From contig CAVTQK010000009.1 in the NCBI GenBank assembly GCA_963736855.1, positions 288,001 through 352,000 on the forward strand: a stretch of 64,000 nucleotides of DNA, read 5' to 3'. Below are positions 41,695-52,232 of this stretch, piece after piece (the stretch's first letter is position 1; each line of letters opens with the position of its first letter). The position numbers were made by a program, and so were the translations under genes. This stretch comes from an uncultured delta proteobacterium. GTDB lineage: Bacteria > Desulfobacterota > Desulfobacteria > Desulfobacterales > UBA2156. The notes beneath the pieces were generated by a model, which did no database searches, was not told where the DNA came from, and saw only the letters and a list, made by a program, of their open reading frames with translations.

Positions 41695-43377
41695 CTAAAC
41701 AAGGTGGCTCCGGTACAACGCCTCCTGTTCATCCAGAACGGCGTTTAAGGTATCGAGAGTTGTCATGGGATTCATGATGACGCAACGCAATACCACCCGC
41801 TCTTCTCCGTAAGAATCCATCCCTCCCAGGGTGGTTCTGGATACAAAGCTTCTCCCGGCCTCTCGCTGTAACCGCTGGAGGGCGATGTTGATTTCGTTGA
41901 CGGTTCGGGCGGTGCGTCTTGCTTCTTTTACATCGCCTCCTTGGAGTTTTTCACGCAGCTCCGGGGGGCAAAGCCGATAGGTCAAGATATTGAGGGTCGG
42001 TGGTGTGACCAGTTCAAACAGGGACCTTTTCGATATCTCCTGGGCAAAGGCCCCGGCGGTTTCGATGCCGTGTTCGATGAGAAGGGCGTATCCTTTGGAC
42101 CCCATGATCTTCAAGGCGCTGTGCAAAACCAGGGAATTGGCCTCCCGGGATCCGGATATGGATTTGATGCCCAGGTCCACCGAGCCGGGGCGGTTCACAT
42201 ACCGGGCATAATAGGCAACGGCGTCCAGTGCAGACGGGTCCTTGAAAAAGACCATACCGCAGGTCATGGGCATATAAAACTGCTTGTGGCCGTCGATGGT
42301 CACGGAGTCGGCCTGTGCGATCCCATCAAGGAGATATCGGTATTTCTCAGACATCAGCGTGGGGCCTCCCCATGCCGCATCCACGTGGAAGTGAATCCCA
42401 TTTTTACGACAGATGTCCGCCATCCGGTCCAGAGGGTCGACGGCTCCGGTTTCCGTTGTCCCTGCAATCCCCACCACGGCCATCACCCGGGTGCTTTTTC
42501 CGGATTCCTGTAAGACCCGAATCATCCGATCAAGGGCTTCAGGATCCATTCTTCCCTTCGCATCCGTATCCACGGCGATGACGTTTTCGTTCCCGATCCC
42601 TAAGAGTCCGGCGGCTTTATTGAGGGAAAAATGACCGAACCGCGTAGCCAGGATCACACAGCGATCGATCCCATAGGACCTCAGGGCCGCTCCCACTCCG
42701 GATTGTTCCACGCCGGCAAAGTCGCCCTTGGGTTTCAGCAATTGGTTTCGGGCCACCCAGAGGGCGGTATAGTTGGCCAGGGTCCCGTCTTCCACAAAAC
42801 AGCCTAGTGCGGTTTCGGCGTTTTGAACATGTTCCCGATAAAATGCGTCGTCGCTATTGAAAATCAAGCGGTGAATCTTGGCCAGGACCTGCTTTTCCAC
42901 TATGGAGACCAGTTTGGAGGTTTCGATCTTCACCACGTTCTGATTCAACGCCGCTACGATGGTTTTCAAATGAACCATAAAATAAGGAATGGCGGAAGTC
43001 ATATGACCGACAAAGAAAGGGGATGCTACATTGACGGCGTGGGGAGCGATCCCTTTGATGAGGTCGACAATGACATGCTCGAGCTTTTTTTCAGGGTGAT
43101 CCGAAATCCGAGTGTCCGTGAAGCGTTCGGACAATTCCTTGAGGCTGATTTCTTCGGTGATCCCCACATGCGTCTTCAGAAAATCATGGAGTCCGAAGAG
43201 GATCTGCTCCATATACTTAATCAGGGCCGGCCGGCCGGTGTCACTTTCCGGACGGATAAACGTCCGCATCAACGCCTGCCAATCCGCAACCAGTCGGGTT
43301 CCGGCAGGATTGGTATCTTTTATGTGTATAATCGATGTGTTGCCCATTTGGTGGTCTTGCATTCGGCTTTGCTTCAT
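41695..43377 (-). CDS. panP: Group II PLP-dependent decarboxylase, putative aspartate 1-decarboxylase PanP
   Basis: FVGHMTSA, LNQNVVKIETSK, GTTETGAVD, HVDAAWGG, DSVTIDGHKQ, SFVSRT. Confidence 0.8.
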   Translation of the reverse strand: MKQSRMQDHQMGNTSIIHIKDTNPAGTRLVADWQALMRTFIRPESDTGRPALIKYMEQILFGLHDFLKTHVGITEEISLKELSERFTDTRISDHPEKKLEHVIVDLIKGIAPHAVNVASPFFVGHMTSAIPYFMVHLKTIVAALNQNVVKIETSKLVSIVEKQVLAKIHRLIFNSDDAFYREHVQNAETALGCFVEDGTLANYTALWVARNQLLKPKGDFAGVEQSGVGAALRSYGIDRCVILATRFGHFSLNKAAGLLGIGNENVIAVDTDAKGRMDPEALDRMIRVLQESGKSTRVMAVVGIAGTTETGAVDPLDRMADICRKNGIHFHVDAAWGGPTLMSEKYRYLLDGIAQADSVTIDGHKQFYMPMTCGMVFFKDPSALDAVAYYARYVNRPGSVDLGIKSISGSREANSLVLHSALKIMGSKGYALLIEHGIETAGAFAQEISKRSLFELVTPPTLNILTYRLCPPELREKLQGGDVKEARRTARTVNEINIALQRLQREAGRSFVSRTTLGGMDSYGEERVVLRCVIMNPMTTLDTLNAVLDEQEALYRSHLV

Positions 43378-43550
43378 TCCGGCTTTAAGCGTATCTGCAA
43401 ACCGGGCGATCCGTCAAGGAGATTCATCGGCGATCCTCCTGACAGATGCTTTACAAATCACCCCTGTTTGGGATAAAGAAGCAAGGATCAAAGGCGATTC
43501 TCCCAAAGGACCCTTTGCCGACTGCACAAGGGCCCAATTTGACGGGTACG

Positions 43551-45263
43551 ATGCTCACCGAACTTTTCATTAAAAATTTTGCCATCATCGACGATCTGCA
43601 CATCCGTTTTGCAGATGGACTCACTATTCTGACCGGCGAAACAGGGGCCGGAAAATCAATCATTATACAGGCCTTCAACTTGATCCTCGGCGACCGGGCC
43701 ACCTCGAAAATGATCCGCTCCGGCGAGGAGACCGCCGAACTCGAGGCGCTGTTTCATATCCAGCTCAACAGCGAGCCGGCAAACCGGGTTAAGGCTTCCG
43801 GATACGATGTGTCCGAAAATCTTTTGGTTAAACGGGTGATTTCCCAAAATGATCGGCATCGTACTTACGTGAACGGTCACATCGCCACGATCCAGGTTCT
43901 GTCCTCTATCACCGAGCATCTGGCCAACATTTCCGGCCAGTTCGCTAGTCAGGGGCTGTTAAAAGAAGACCAGCAGCTTTGCGCCCTCGATCAGTTCGGA
44001 GGCCTGACGGCCTTGAGGCAACAGGTCGGTGCAGAGTACCATGAAATCCTTCCCCTCATCGAGCATCTCAAGGACCTGGAGAAAAAGAAGGTTCACCAGG
44101 CCGAACGCACCGAGTTGCTGCGGTTTCAGAAATCAGAGATCGCCGGGGCGTCCATCATTCCCGGCGAAGACGCCGCATTGGAACTGGAAAAAATCCGGCT
44201 GAAAAATGCCGAATCCCTTTATCAGGCGATTTACGATGGAGTCGAATCACTGTATGGAGCTCCGGGCGCGGTGATTGAGCGCCTCACCGAAATCCATAAA
44301 GGGCTGGAGCGGGCCTGCCGCATCGACCCGTCGCTCAAAGATCGTATCCAGGGAATCGTCGACGCCGCCCTTCGACTGGAAGATACGATTTCCGCGATGA
44401 GGGGTTACCTAAAGGGGATCCAGATGGATGAAGGCAGGCTGGAAACGGTGGAATCCCGGCTGGACGTCTTGAATAAATTGAAACGAAAATACGGGCCGGA
44501 TCTTAACGCTGTTGTTTCCCATCTTGGTGCCGTCGAAAAAGAACTTTCCGGGATCGAGGATATCCCCCTTAAGATCGAACGCACAAAAAAATCCCTTCTA
44601 AACCGGCATGAATCCCTGGCAAAAGCCGCCAGGAACCTGTCCGAAAAAAGGCTTCAAGCCGCCGGAAGCCTCTCCAGAGCCATGGAAAAGGAGCTGGCCG
44701 GACTCAAGATGGGAAAGACCCGCTTCGATGTCACGTTTTCCAGGCTTCCGGCAGGACGTGATGTCAGTCCTTACCTGACGGCGGACGAAGCCGGTATCCA
44801 GGAGACCGGAATCGACCGCATCACCTTCATGATCGCCCCGAATGTGGGGGAGCGGTTGAAACCGTTGGCTCAAATCGCTTCAGGGGGCGAGCTTTCCCGC
44901 GTCGTCCTCGCGCTAAAGGCGATACTGGCCAAAACCGATTCGGTAGAAACCCTTGTGTTTGATGAAGTGGATGCCGGAATCGGAGGCGGAGTCGCCGAAG
45001 TGGTGGGGAAAAAACTGGCTGATCTTTCCCGGTACCACCAAGTCATTTGCATCACCCATCTGCCGCAAATCGCCGTTCATGGAGAACACCATTTCAGAAT
45101 CGAAAAAACCGTTTTCGGCGGCAGAACCCGAACAGCCATCACCCCCCTTGGGACAAAGGAACGCATCGAGGAAATCGCCAGGATGCTGGGCGGCGAAGAA
45201 ATCACTTCGACCGCCCTGGACCATGCCCGGGAGTTGTTGAAAAAGGGCTCCACAGTAGGATGA
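43551..45263 (+). CDS. recN: DNA repair protein RecN
   Basis: NFAIID, TGETGAGKS, ASGGELSR, FDEVDAGIGG, ITHLPQIA, EIARMLGG. Confidence 0.97.
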   Translation: MLTELFIKNFAIIDDLHIRFADGLTILTGETGAGKSIIIQAFNLILGDRATSKMIRSGEETAELEALFHIQLNSEPANRVKASGYDVSENLLVKRVISQNDRHRTYVNGHIATIQVLSSITEHLANISGQFASQGLLKEDQQLCALDQFGGLTALRQQVGAEYHEILPLIEHLKDLEKKKVHQAERTELLRFQKSEIAGASIIPGEDAALELEKIRLKNAESLYQAIYDGVESLYGAPGAVIERLTEIHKGLERACRIDPSLKDRIQGIVDAALRLEDTISAMRGYLKGIQMDEGRLETVESRLDVLNKLKRKYGPDLNAVVSHLGAVEKELSGIEDIPLKIERTKKSLLNRHESLAKAARNLSEKRLQAAGSLSRAMEKELAGLKMGKTRFDVTFSRLPAGRDVSPYLTADEAGIQETGIDRITFMIAPNVGERLKPLAQIASGGELSRVVLALKAILAKTDSVETLVFDEVDAGIGGGVAEVVGKKLADLSRYHQVICITHLPQIAVHGEHHFRIEKTVFGGRTRTAITPLGTKERIEEIARMLGGEEITSTALDHARELLKKGSTVG

Positions 45264-45450
45264 AATCCATTAACCGGCATGATAGGCGACAGAAACCCTC
45301 CTCGCATCACACCGCCGCTTCATTGAAATCCGATCCATTCTTGACAGAACAAAAAAATCCATAATAAAATATAAGGTTCTAAATAAAGATTATGTTCGAA
45401 ACATTCCATAGCCGTTATTTCGGCTGAAAAAACAAAGGAGCGCGATTTTT

Positions 45451-45696
45451 ATGCCGATCTATGAATTCAAGTGTCGCACATGCGGCGAACTCGTGGAATT
45501 CTTATTTAAAAACCCAGAAGAATCCGTCGCACTGAAATGCCCCAAATGCGGTGGTGAAGAACTGGAACGGGTTTTAAGCACGACCCATTATGCCATGGGC
45601 TCGGATTACCCGAAGGACGCCGGCGCCACTTCTCAAACCCGGACCTGCCCCGGCGGCAGTTGCACGACCTATGATGTCCCGGGGCCGACCCGGTAA
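45451..45696 (+). CDS. FmdB-family zinc-ribbon protein
   Basis: MPIYEFKCRTCG..CPKCG..LERVLS; AAGGAG RBS. Confidence 0.85.
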   Translation: MPIYEFKCRTCGELVEFLFKNPEESVALKCPKCGGEELERVLSTTHYAMGSDYPKDAGATSQTRTCPGGSCTTYDVPGPTR

Positions 45697-45833
45697 GTAA
45701 CCGGGTGATCGGGTCGCTTTTCTCCCTTTGGGTTTGAATACGATACCCCGGATGCTCTTCTTAGGGATTGCATTCCAGCCTTGAACAAGCGAAAATTTCG
45801 ACTTTGTCCGATGATTTGCTTTGGAAAACATCT

Positions 45834-46517
45834 ATGAAACAGATCCACAACCAGGAACAGGAACAGTTTAAGAAGCTCTTCCAGTCCGAAAATGTCGATC
45901 GCTTCGAAGACCGGCTCAAGGTTCTCGAGGTTTTTTTAAGCATGGAAACCCATATCACGGCAGATGACATGGTAACACTCCTGGAAAAAAAGGGACATCG
46001 ATTCGATCTGGAATTCGTGAAATCGACCCTTCACCTGATGTCCCGATATGGATTTGCCCGCGTCAACCGGTTTGACAACGGACGCCTTCTCTATGAACAT
46101 CGACACTTGGGGCACCACCACGACCACATGATCTGCACCAAGTGTAAAAAGATCATCGAGTTTGAAAACCCCTCATTGGAGGACCAGCAGATCCAGGTCG
46201 CCAAGGCCCACGGGTTTCATTTGCTCCAGCACAAGATGGAGCTTTACGGGATCTGTGCCGAATGCCTCAAGGAACGCCAGGCGCTCTTGCCGCTTTCTAT
46301 AGCCAAGCAAGGAGAACGGTTGATCATCCGGGAAGTTCACGGAGGCGGCACCGCCCGGGCCCGAATCCTTTCCATGGGGCTTCGGATAGGTGACGAGATC
46401 GAAGTGCTTTCCAACCAGGGTCAGGGCCAGATGGTCATCGCTGTGGACGTCAAACGCTTTATCATAGGCCGGGGAATGGCGGAAAAGATCATTTGCGAGC
46501 CTGTCCGCAAGAATTAA
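45834..46517 (+). CDS. Fur-family regulator fused to a C-terminal FeoA domain
   Basis: HHHDHMICTKC and YGICAEC Fur motifs; RILSMGLRIGDEIEV..IGRGMA FeoA motif. Confidence 0.9.
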   Translation: MKQIHNQEQEQFKKLFQSENVDRFEDRLKVLEVFLSMETHITADDMVTLLEKKGHRFDLEFVKSTLHLMSRYGFARVNRFDNGRLLYEHRHLGHHHDHMICTKCKKIIEFENPSLEDQQIQVAKAHGFHLLQHKMELYGICAECLKERQALLPLSIAKQGERLIIREVHGGGTARARILSMGLRIGDEIEVLSNQGQGQMVIAVDVKRFIIGRGMAEKIICEPVRKN

Positions 46518-46538
46518 AGAACGAGCCGAGCAGGCAAT

Positions 46539-47486
46539 ATGGCGAACCGGATGCCTTTAAAGAAACCCGATTATATCGAAGCCCATGAAAAGGGCCTTCT
46601 CAAAAAGAAGCGGGAAGATGCCTTCAAACTCTTGAAATCGTGCGTGCTGTGTCCCCGACAATGCAAGGTGGATCGCCTGTCCGGCGAGACGGGAATATGC
46701 AAGACAGGGGCTTCCGCCATGGTTTCCAGCTATGACCCTCATTTCGGGGAAGAACAACCCTTGGTTGGCCGACACGGTTCCGGCACGATATTTTTCACCT
46801 ATTGCAACCTGTTGTGCAATTTTTGCCAGAATTACGACATCAGCCACCAGGGCATTGGGAAAACGGTTTCTGATCGCGAGCTTGCGGCCATGCTGCTGGA
46901 ACTCCAACAGATCGGATGCCATAACATCAATTTCGTGACCCCTACCCACGTGGTTCCCCAGATATTGCGCGCTCTGGAGATCGCCGTTGAAGACGGCCTG
47001 TCCATTCCGCTGGTATACAATTCCGGGGGCTACGACAGCGTCCACACCCTCCGGATCCTGGAAGGGATCATCGATATCTACATGCCGGATTTCAAGTTCT
47101 GGGATTCAGACATCGCAAAAAAAACCTGTGACGCCCCGGATTATCCGGAAGTAGCCCGAGAAGCCATCCTCGAGATGCATCGCCAGGTTGGGGATCTGGT
47201 GATGGACAAAGATGGGATCGCGCGCCGGGGTCTTTTGTTGCGCCATCTGGTCCTTCCCCATGGCCTTGCCGGAACCCGGGAGATCATGCGGTTTATCGCC
47301 ACCCGGATATCCACAAACACCTATGTCAACATCATGGCTCAGTACCGTCCCTGCGGATGCGCCGCGGAAATTCCCGAGCTCGCCGAAGCGCTTTCAACCC
47401 AAGACTTCCAGGCAGCCCTGACCGCCGCCCGGGAAGAAGGGATCCATCGGCTCGACAGCAGAAGGCGCGTTTTCATGTTGAGGTAG
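46539..47486 (+). CDS. Radical SAM protein, PflX-like
   Basis: CVLCPRQC, HFGEE, GSGTIFF.YCNLLCNFCQN, DIYMPDFK, RHLVLP. Confidence 0.9.
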   Translation: MANRMPLKKPDYIEAHEKGLLKKKREDAFKLLKSCVLCPRQCKVDRLSGETGICKTGASAMVSSYDPHFGEEQPLVGRHGSGTIFFTYCNLLCNFCQNYDISHQGIGKTVSDRELAAMLLELQQIGCHNINFVTPTHVVPQILRALEIAVEDGLSIPLVYNSGGYDSVHTLRILEGIIDIYMPDFKFWDSDIAKKTCDAPDYPEVAREAILEMHRQVGDLVMDKDGIARRGLLLRHLVLPHGLAGTREIMRFIATRISTNTYVNIMAQYRPCGCAAEIPELAEALSTQDFQAALTAAREEGIHRLDSRRRVFMLR

Positions 47487-47496
47487 AAATTATTTC

Positions 47497-48132
47497 ATGG
47501 AAAAAATATTCGCCGTGGGCGATATCCACGGAACCCCGGAAAAAGTTATCGCCCTGATGGACAAGATCGACATGGATCGAAAACGGGACCTGTTGATTTT
47601 CATCGGGGACTACGTGGACCGAGGCCCTGGTTCTTACGAAGTGGTCGATTATCTGATCGATCTGAAGCGGCAGGTGGAAAATATCGTATTTTTGAAAGGC
47701 AACCATGAGGACATGCTTTTAAAATACCTCTCCGGTCACGACCGCTTCACTTATTTGATAAACGACGGGCAAATCACCCTGGAAAGCTACATTAAGCGCA
47801 AGAAACCGGGGGATCGACACCTCATCCCCGAGTCACATATGGAATTTTACAACTCCCTGGTTCTGTACCATGAAACCCAGGACTTTTTATTCGTCCACGC
47901 CGGGATCCGGAAAAAAATCCCCATCAAGAAACAGGATATAAACGACCTTCTCTGGATCCGCAGTGAATTCATCGAGTCGGATTACGATTTCGGAAAAAGG
48001 GTGGTTTTCGGACATACTCCGTTTCCTGAACCCCTGGTGATGCCGAATAAAATCGGCATCGACACCGGTGCCGTTTATGGCAACAAACTGACCTGCGTGA
48101 AGCTTCCGGATATGGTCTTTTACCAGGTTTAA
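47497..48132 (+). CDS. Metallophosphoesterase (PPP-family Ser/Thr phosphatase-like)
   Basis: GDIHG, GDYVDRG, GNHE, VHAG, GHTP, IDTG. Confidence 0.93.
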   Translation: MEKIFAVGDIHGTPEKVIALMDKIDMDRKRDLLIFIGDYVDRGPGSYEVVDYLIDLKRQVENIVFLKGNHEDMLLKYLSGHDRFTYLINDGQITLESYIKRKKPGDRHLIPESHMEFYNSLVLYHETQDFLFVHAGIRKKIPIKKQDINDLLWIRSEFIESDYDFGKRVVFGHTPFPEPLVMPNKIGIDTGAVYGNKLTCVKLPDMVFYQV

Positions 48133-48156
48133 ACCGCCACAGAACAAGGAGCAGCA

Positions 48157-48588
48157 ATGAAAAAATGCCTTTTGACGATCCTGGCCCTGCTTTTGGCCGT
48201 CACCGCCCTGGCCGGTCCCCAACGCCTGGCCGTTAAGGTCTCCGCCGCCAATGTACGGAGCGGTCCGGGCGACCAGTACGAGACCATTTGGCAGGTGGGG
48301 ATGTATCACCCCCTGCAGATCACCGAGAAAAAAGGGGAATGGTTACACTTCATTGATTCCGAAAAAGATGAGGGGTGGATTCACCAATCCCTGGTCGCCA
48401 ATATACCATCCGTGGTTACAATCAGCGACAAGTGCAACATCCGGTCAGGTCCGGACGCTCACCAGACCGTGGCCTTCACGGCCGAAAAAGGAGTTCCTTT
48501 TAAGGTCCTGGAGCGGAAAAAGGAGTGGATCCACGTCGAACACCAGGACGGCGAAAAAGGTTGGATTCACCAATCCCTGGTCTGGTAA
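48157..48588 (+). CDS. Exported protein with tandem bacterial SH3 domains
   Basis: Signal peptide; two N.RSGP...W....GWIHQSLV repeats. Confidence 0.88.
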   Translation: MKKCLLTILALLLAVTALAGPQRLAVKVSAANVRSGPGDQYETIWQVGMYHPLQITEKKGEWLHFIDSEKDEGWIHQSLVANIPSVVTISDKCNIRSGPDAHQTVAFTAEKGVPFKVLERKKEWIHVEHQDGEKGWIHQSLVW

Positions 48589-48630
48589 GCACTGACATGC
48601 ATCCTGAAACACATCCATAGTGGAGAAACC

Positions 48631-49569
48631 ATGAATATCTATGTCTCAGGATCCCTGGCCTATGACCGGATCATGGATTTTCCCGGAAGGTTTTCCGATC
48701 ACATCCTGCCTGACAAGATCCATGTCCTCAACGTTTCTTTCAATGTCAACGGTCTTGCTGAAAAATTCGGAGGAACCGCCGGCAACATCGCCTACAACCT
48801 GGCCATGCTGGGAGAAAAACCCCTCATCCTGGCATCCGCGGGGAAAGATTTTTCGCACTACGAGGCGTGGCTGAGGGAAAACGGGCTCTCCCTGGAAGGG
48901 ATCCGGGTCATTCCGGAGGAATTCACGGCAGGCGCCTACATCACGACGGATCGAGGGGACAACCAGATCACCGGATTCAACCCCGGGGCCATGCGTTACC
49001 CATCCGGCTTTTCCATCCCGGATTCAGGTCAAGGCGCCGTCGGTATCCTTTCACCGGGAAACATCGAAGACATGCTGACCTACAGCCGGGAATTCAAGGC
49101 CAAACGCATCCCGTATATTTTCGATCCGGGGCAGACGACATCGGCTATGTCCGGAAGCCAGGTCCTCGATATTTTGACCGAGTGCGATATCTTCATCTCC
49201 AACGACTACGAACTGGAGATGGTTGTGCGGATGACAGGCATGACGAAATCCGATCTTTTGGCCCGGACGAAACGGGCCATCATCACCACCTTGGCGGAAA
49301 GCGGATCCCTGCTGACGACCCATGAAAAAGAGGTGCGGATTCCGGCGGTTCCTCCCCGACAGGTCGTGGATCCCACCGGCGCAGGGGATGCCTACCGTGC
49401 CGGATTGATCAAAGGGATCGTGACGGAAAAACCCCTCGAGGCGGCAGCATGCATGGGAGCCACCTCCGCCAGTTATGCTGTGGAGCACAAGGGAACCCAG
49501 GAGCACCGATTCACCCCGGAGGCTTTCTGGGCCCGTTATCATGCATTTTTTGGTAGAAAGGATTCTTGA
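48631..49569 (+). CDS. PfkB-family carbohydrate/nucleoside kinase (adenosine kinase-like)
   Basis: GSLAYD, GGTAGNIAY, FDPGQ, NDYE, DPTGAGDAYRAG. Confidence 0.9.
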   Translation: MNIYVSGSLAYDRIMDFPGRFSDHILPDKIHVLNVSFNVNGLAEKFGGTAGNIAYNLAMLGEKPLILASAGKDFSHYEAWLRENGLSLEGIRVIPEEFTAGAYITTDRGDNQITGFNPGAMRYPSGFSIPDSGQGAVGILSPGNIEDMLTYSREFKAKRIPYIFDPGQTTSAMSGSQVLDILTECDIFISNDYELEMVVRMTGMTKSDLLARTKRAIITTLAESGSLLTTHEKEVRIPAVPPRQVVDPTGAGDAYRAGLIKGIVTEKPLEAAACMGATSASYAVEHKGTQEHRFTPEAFWARYHAFFGRKDS

Positions 49570-49648
49570 CAACTGCCGAATCCTCCATTATTAAAAGCAT
49601 TTCGAGCGGATCAGGACGAACTTTTCGCCTGACGCGCGTATAAATTGA

Positions 49649-49724
49649 TCCCCGGTAGCTCAATCGGCAGAGCGGGTGGCTGTTAACCACTAGGTTCGAG
49701 GTTCAAGTCCTCGCCGGGGAGCCA
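49649..49724 (+). tRNA. tRNA-Asn (GTT)
   Basis: 76 nt; acceptor TCCCCGG/CCGGGGA, anticodon loop CTGTTAA, T-loop GTTCAAG, encoded 3' CCA. Confidence 0.97.
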
Positions 49725-49762
49725 AAATTCAACCCGCTGATTTCAGCGGTTCTTATTTAACG

Positions 49763-49797
49763 CAAGACCCCGTGGGTTGATCCCCTCGGGGTCTTGT
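49763..49797. terminator. Hairpin downstream of the tRNA (possible terminator)
   Basis: caagaccccg...cggggtcttg stem. Confidence 0.45.
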
Positions 49798-50116
49798 CGT
49801 TTCAGTCGTGTCCACGCCGACTTACGCCTGGCTGCGAACGCCGCCCGGGACGGTGCCATGGATATCGAGCGGTTCAAGGCGCGGCTCCGGCGCTGCCGTG
49901 GGCAGATCACCGCCGTCATCGCCTGCCGGACCGACCCGAGCACCGTCTTTGTGCTCAATTTGAGCTTCGACATAATTGCAGTACGCTTTTTTGGGGGCCG
50001 GACAACCTGTCAGCCAGGCACTCAAGGGTGGAAAACGGCATCTTTGCGGAGGCAAGTTTTATCGGGCTGCTTTTTGAGGCTCGCTGTTAGGATGGCACTT
50101 GAATAGGATAGGCGAT

Positions 50117-50947
50117 TCAGTGCCGGTTGATGGGCACTCGGCCGGGATCACCCACGAACGGAAGGATCAGAAGGCGAGGCAGGGAAAGCTTTTGCGGATC
50201 ACGGAATTGAGACAGACCGATCACCATATCATTGTGCCCCTTGTCGGGCTGGTCTTTGTAGGTACCAAAAAGCCGATCCCACCAGGGCAGGTTGAATCCG
50301 TAGTTGCTGTTGGTCTCGCGGATGATGACAGAGTGGTGGACCCGGTGCATGTCCGGCGTTACCACGAGCAGCCGGAGTATCCGGTCCATTTTTTCTGGGA
50401 TGCGGATGTTGCTGTGATTGAACATGGAGGTTGCGTTGAGGACGACTTCGAATATCAGCACGGCCAGCGGTGGCGCTCCGAGCGCGGCCACGGCCGACAG
50501 CTTGATGGCCATGGACACAATGATTTCGATAGGATGAAACCGCAGCCCAGTGGTCATATCGAAATCCAGATCCGCGTGATGCACCATATGCAGCCGCCAA
50601 AGCGTTGGAATGGCGTGATGCAAAACATGCTGCGCATAAACCGTAAGGTCCAGCGCAATCACACCCGCAACGACCTGCATCCATTCGGACATGGATGTGT
50701 GATTGAGCAACCCCCAGTTCTGTTCGGACGCGATATGAGCCAAACCGATAGGCAGAATGGGAAAAATCAAAACTACCGACAAGGGATTCAAAACCACGAT
50801 GGTCAAATTGGCGAACCATCGTCGGACCTTGGAGGTAAGCAAGCGTCTTCTTGGAGCAAGGATTTCCAAAACAGCGAGTACGACAAAAATAACCATAAAC
50901 GCGCCGAATCGAACCACTGTTTCATTTGTCAGGAAAATACATTCCAT
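50117..50947 (-). CDS. Sterol desaturase / fatty acid hydroxylase superfamily protein
   Basis: His boxes HVLHH, HMVHH, RFHP, FNHSN, HRVHH; NYG..WWDRLFGTY. Confidence 0.9.
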   Translation of the reverse strand: MECIFLTNETVVRFGAFMVIFVVLAVLEILAPRRRLLTSKVRRWFANLTIVVLNPLSVVLIFPILPIGLAHIASEQNWGLLNHTSMSEWMQVVAGVIALDLTVYAQHVLHHAIPTLWRLHMVHHADLDFDMTTGLRFHPIEIIVSMAIKLSAVAALGAPPLAVLIFEVVLNATSMFNHSNIRIPEKMDRILRLLVVTPDMHRVHHSVIIRETNSNYGFNLPWWDRLFGTYKDQPDKGHNDMVIGLSQFRDPQKLSLPRLLILPFVGDPGRVPINRH

Positions 50948-50987
50948 TGCCTTGTCTTCGATAAGAATGGTGTGATTGCTTCTTCGA

Positions 50988-51335
50988 TTAAAAAGCGATG
51001 ACCTTTTCCGCCCTGACCGTAAGATCCGTCAATTCAATCAGAGTGCCGCGCCGCGCGCCCTCGGCGATTTCTTCATCCTTCATTCCCCTCGCGTCCATGC
51101 ACGTGCCGCACAGGATGACCTCGCCCTTGCGAACAATCGGTTTCAACATGCGTTCTATATTGTAGTACCCTTGAGGGGTCTGCTGTCCGGTCTTGGCGCA
51201 TAGAACGGCATCGCCCAGCAAGAAAATGGACAGTTCCACAGTTTCACGAGCAACAAGCTGGTCTGCCAAACGCAAAGCATTGTAGCTGCGCTCACTGCCG
51301 TATGGTGGATCGTTTAGGATGATGAGCATTTTCAT
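50988..51335 (-). CDS. DsrE/DsrF-like (YchN-type) sulfur-relay protein
   Basis: PPYGSE..YNALRLA, FLLGDAV, CGTCMDARG; GGAGG RBS. Confidence 0.88.
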   Translation of the reverse strand: MKMLIILNDPPYGSERSYNALRLADQLVARETVELSIFLLGDAVLCAKTGQQTPQGYYNIERMLKPIVRKGEVILCGTCMDARGMKDEEIAEGARRGTLIELTDLTVRAEKVIAF

Positions 51336-51410
51336 TTTTTGTCCTCCAGAGTCGATAGAGATTTTCAACTTTCACAATCTATGTGGTCTGGCCTTACGCG
51401 AATGTGGTGG

Positions 51411-52109
51411 TTAAACCGTCGCAGTATCTTTTGACACCCGCGACACTTTCAGGAGCTTGGGAATGAAAAAGGAAAATATGAAAAGCGCAAGGGAGAGAAG
51501 GACCTTCCAGCTCAACAGCTCCTCCCAGCGGCCGGCGGCCCATATGTCCTTTATCGTTCCAACGAAAAAGGTAAATATGAAGGTGCCCACCATGATGCCC
51601 AGCGCCGTGCCGGAAAAGTAGTCCCAAAAACGCACCTTGGTCAGCCCCATGCCGAAATTCATTAGAGTAAACGGGAAATAGACCAGCCGCAAGTAAAGGA
51701 CCGTGGCAAAGCCGTTGCGCCCGATGGCGTCATCGTATCGTTTCAACCTGTTGCCGACGATGGAGGCGGCGAAATCCCGGCCCAAGTAACGCCCGATCAG
51801 AAAGGCGAGGCTGGCGCCGATCATGGCCGCAATCCAGACATATAGGAAGCCCCAATAGGGTCCGAAGATGGCGGCGCCCAAAGCCGTCAGAAGCGTGCCG
51901 GGAAGGAAAAGACACACACCGGCCGCGTAGATAAACACGAACGCCAATGGTGCCCATATTCCCGCGGCTTTCAAAAACAGCCCCAGTTGTTCGGCAGTGA
52001 GGTACTGTTTGGCTGGCGAAAAACGGACCAGGTAAATCGCCGCCACAACGAACAGGATCAGGATGGATACCTTCATCAGCGCGCTTTTTCTTTTTTCATC
52101 GGTTTGCAT
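51411..52109 (-). CDS. TVP38/TMEM64 (DedA superfamily) membrane protein
   Basis: LPGT, AIFG, GA.LAFLIGRYLGR, LRLVYFPF..NFG.GLT; start may be 52145. Confidence 0.88.
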   Translation of the reverse strand: MQTDEKRKSALMKVSILILFVVAAIYLVRFSPAKQYLTAEQLGLFLKAAGIWAPLAFVFIYAAGVCLFLPGTLLTALGAAIFGPYWGFLYVWIAAMIGASLAFLIGRYLGRDFAASIVGNRLKRYDDAIGRNGFATVLYLRLVYFPFTLMNFGMGLTKVRFWDYFSGTALGIMVGTFIFTFFVGTIKDIWAAGRWEELLSWKVLLSLALFIFSFFIPKLLKVSRVSKDTATV

Positions 52110-52232
52110 GACGAAACCTTGTTGACACACCTTCCGGATGTCCACGGTCTATTGGATTATTTGTAAGCTCTTCGTCCATGCCTCGGATATATCTATGTAT
52201 TATCGTATTTGCTGCAAATGATCGTTTCAGGA

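Noticed and set aside
48376..48582. Exact 21-nt direct repeat tggattcaccaatccctggtc
   Set aside because: Explained by the tandem SH3 domain duplication; not CRISPR or an att site
49743..50106. Short overlapping ORFs right after tRNA-Asn
   Set aside because: No recognisable integrase or other motif; probably remnant DNA
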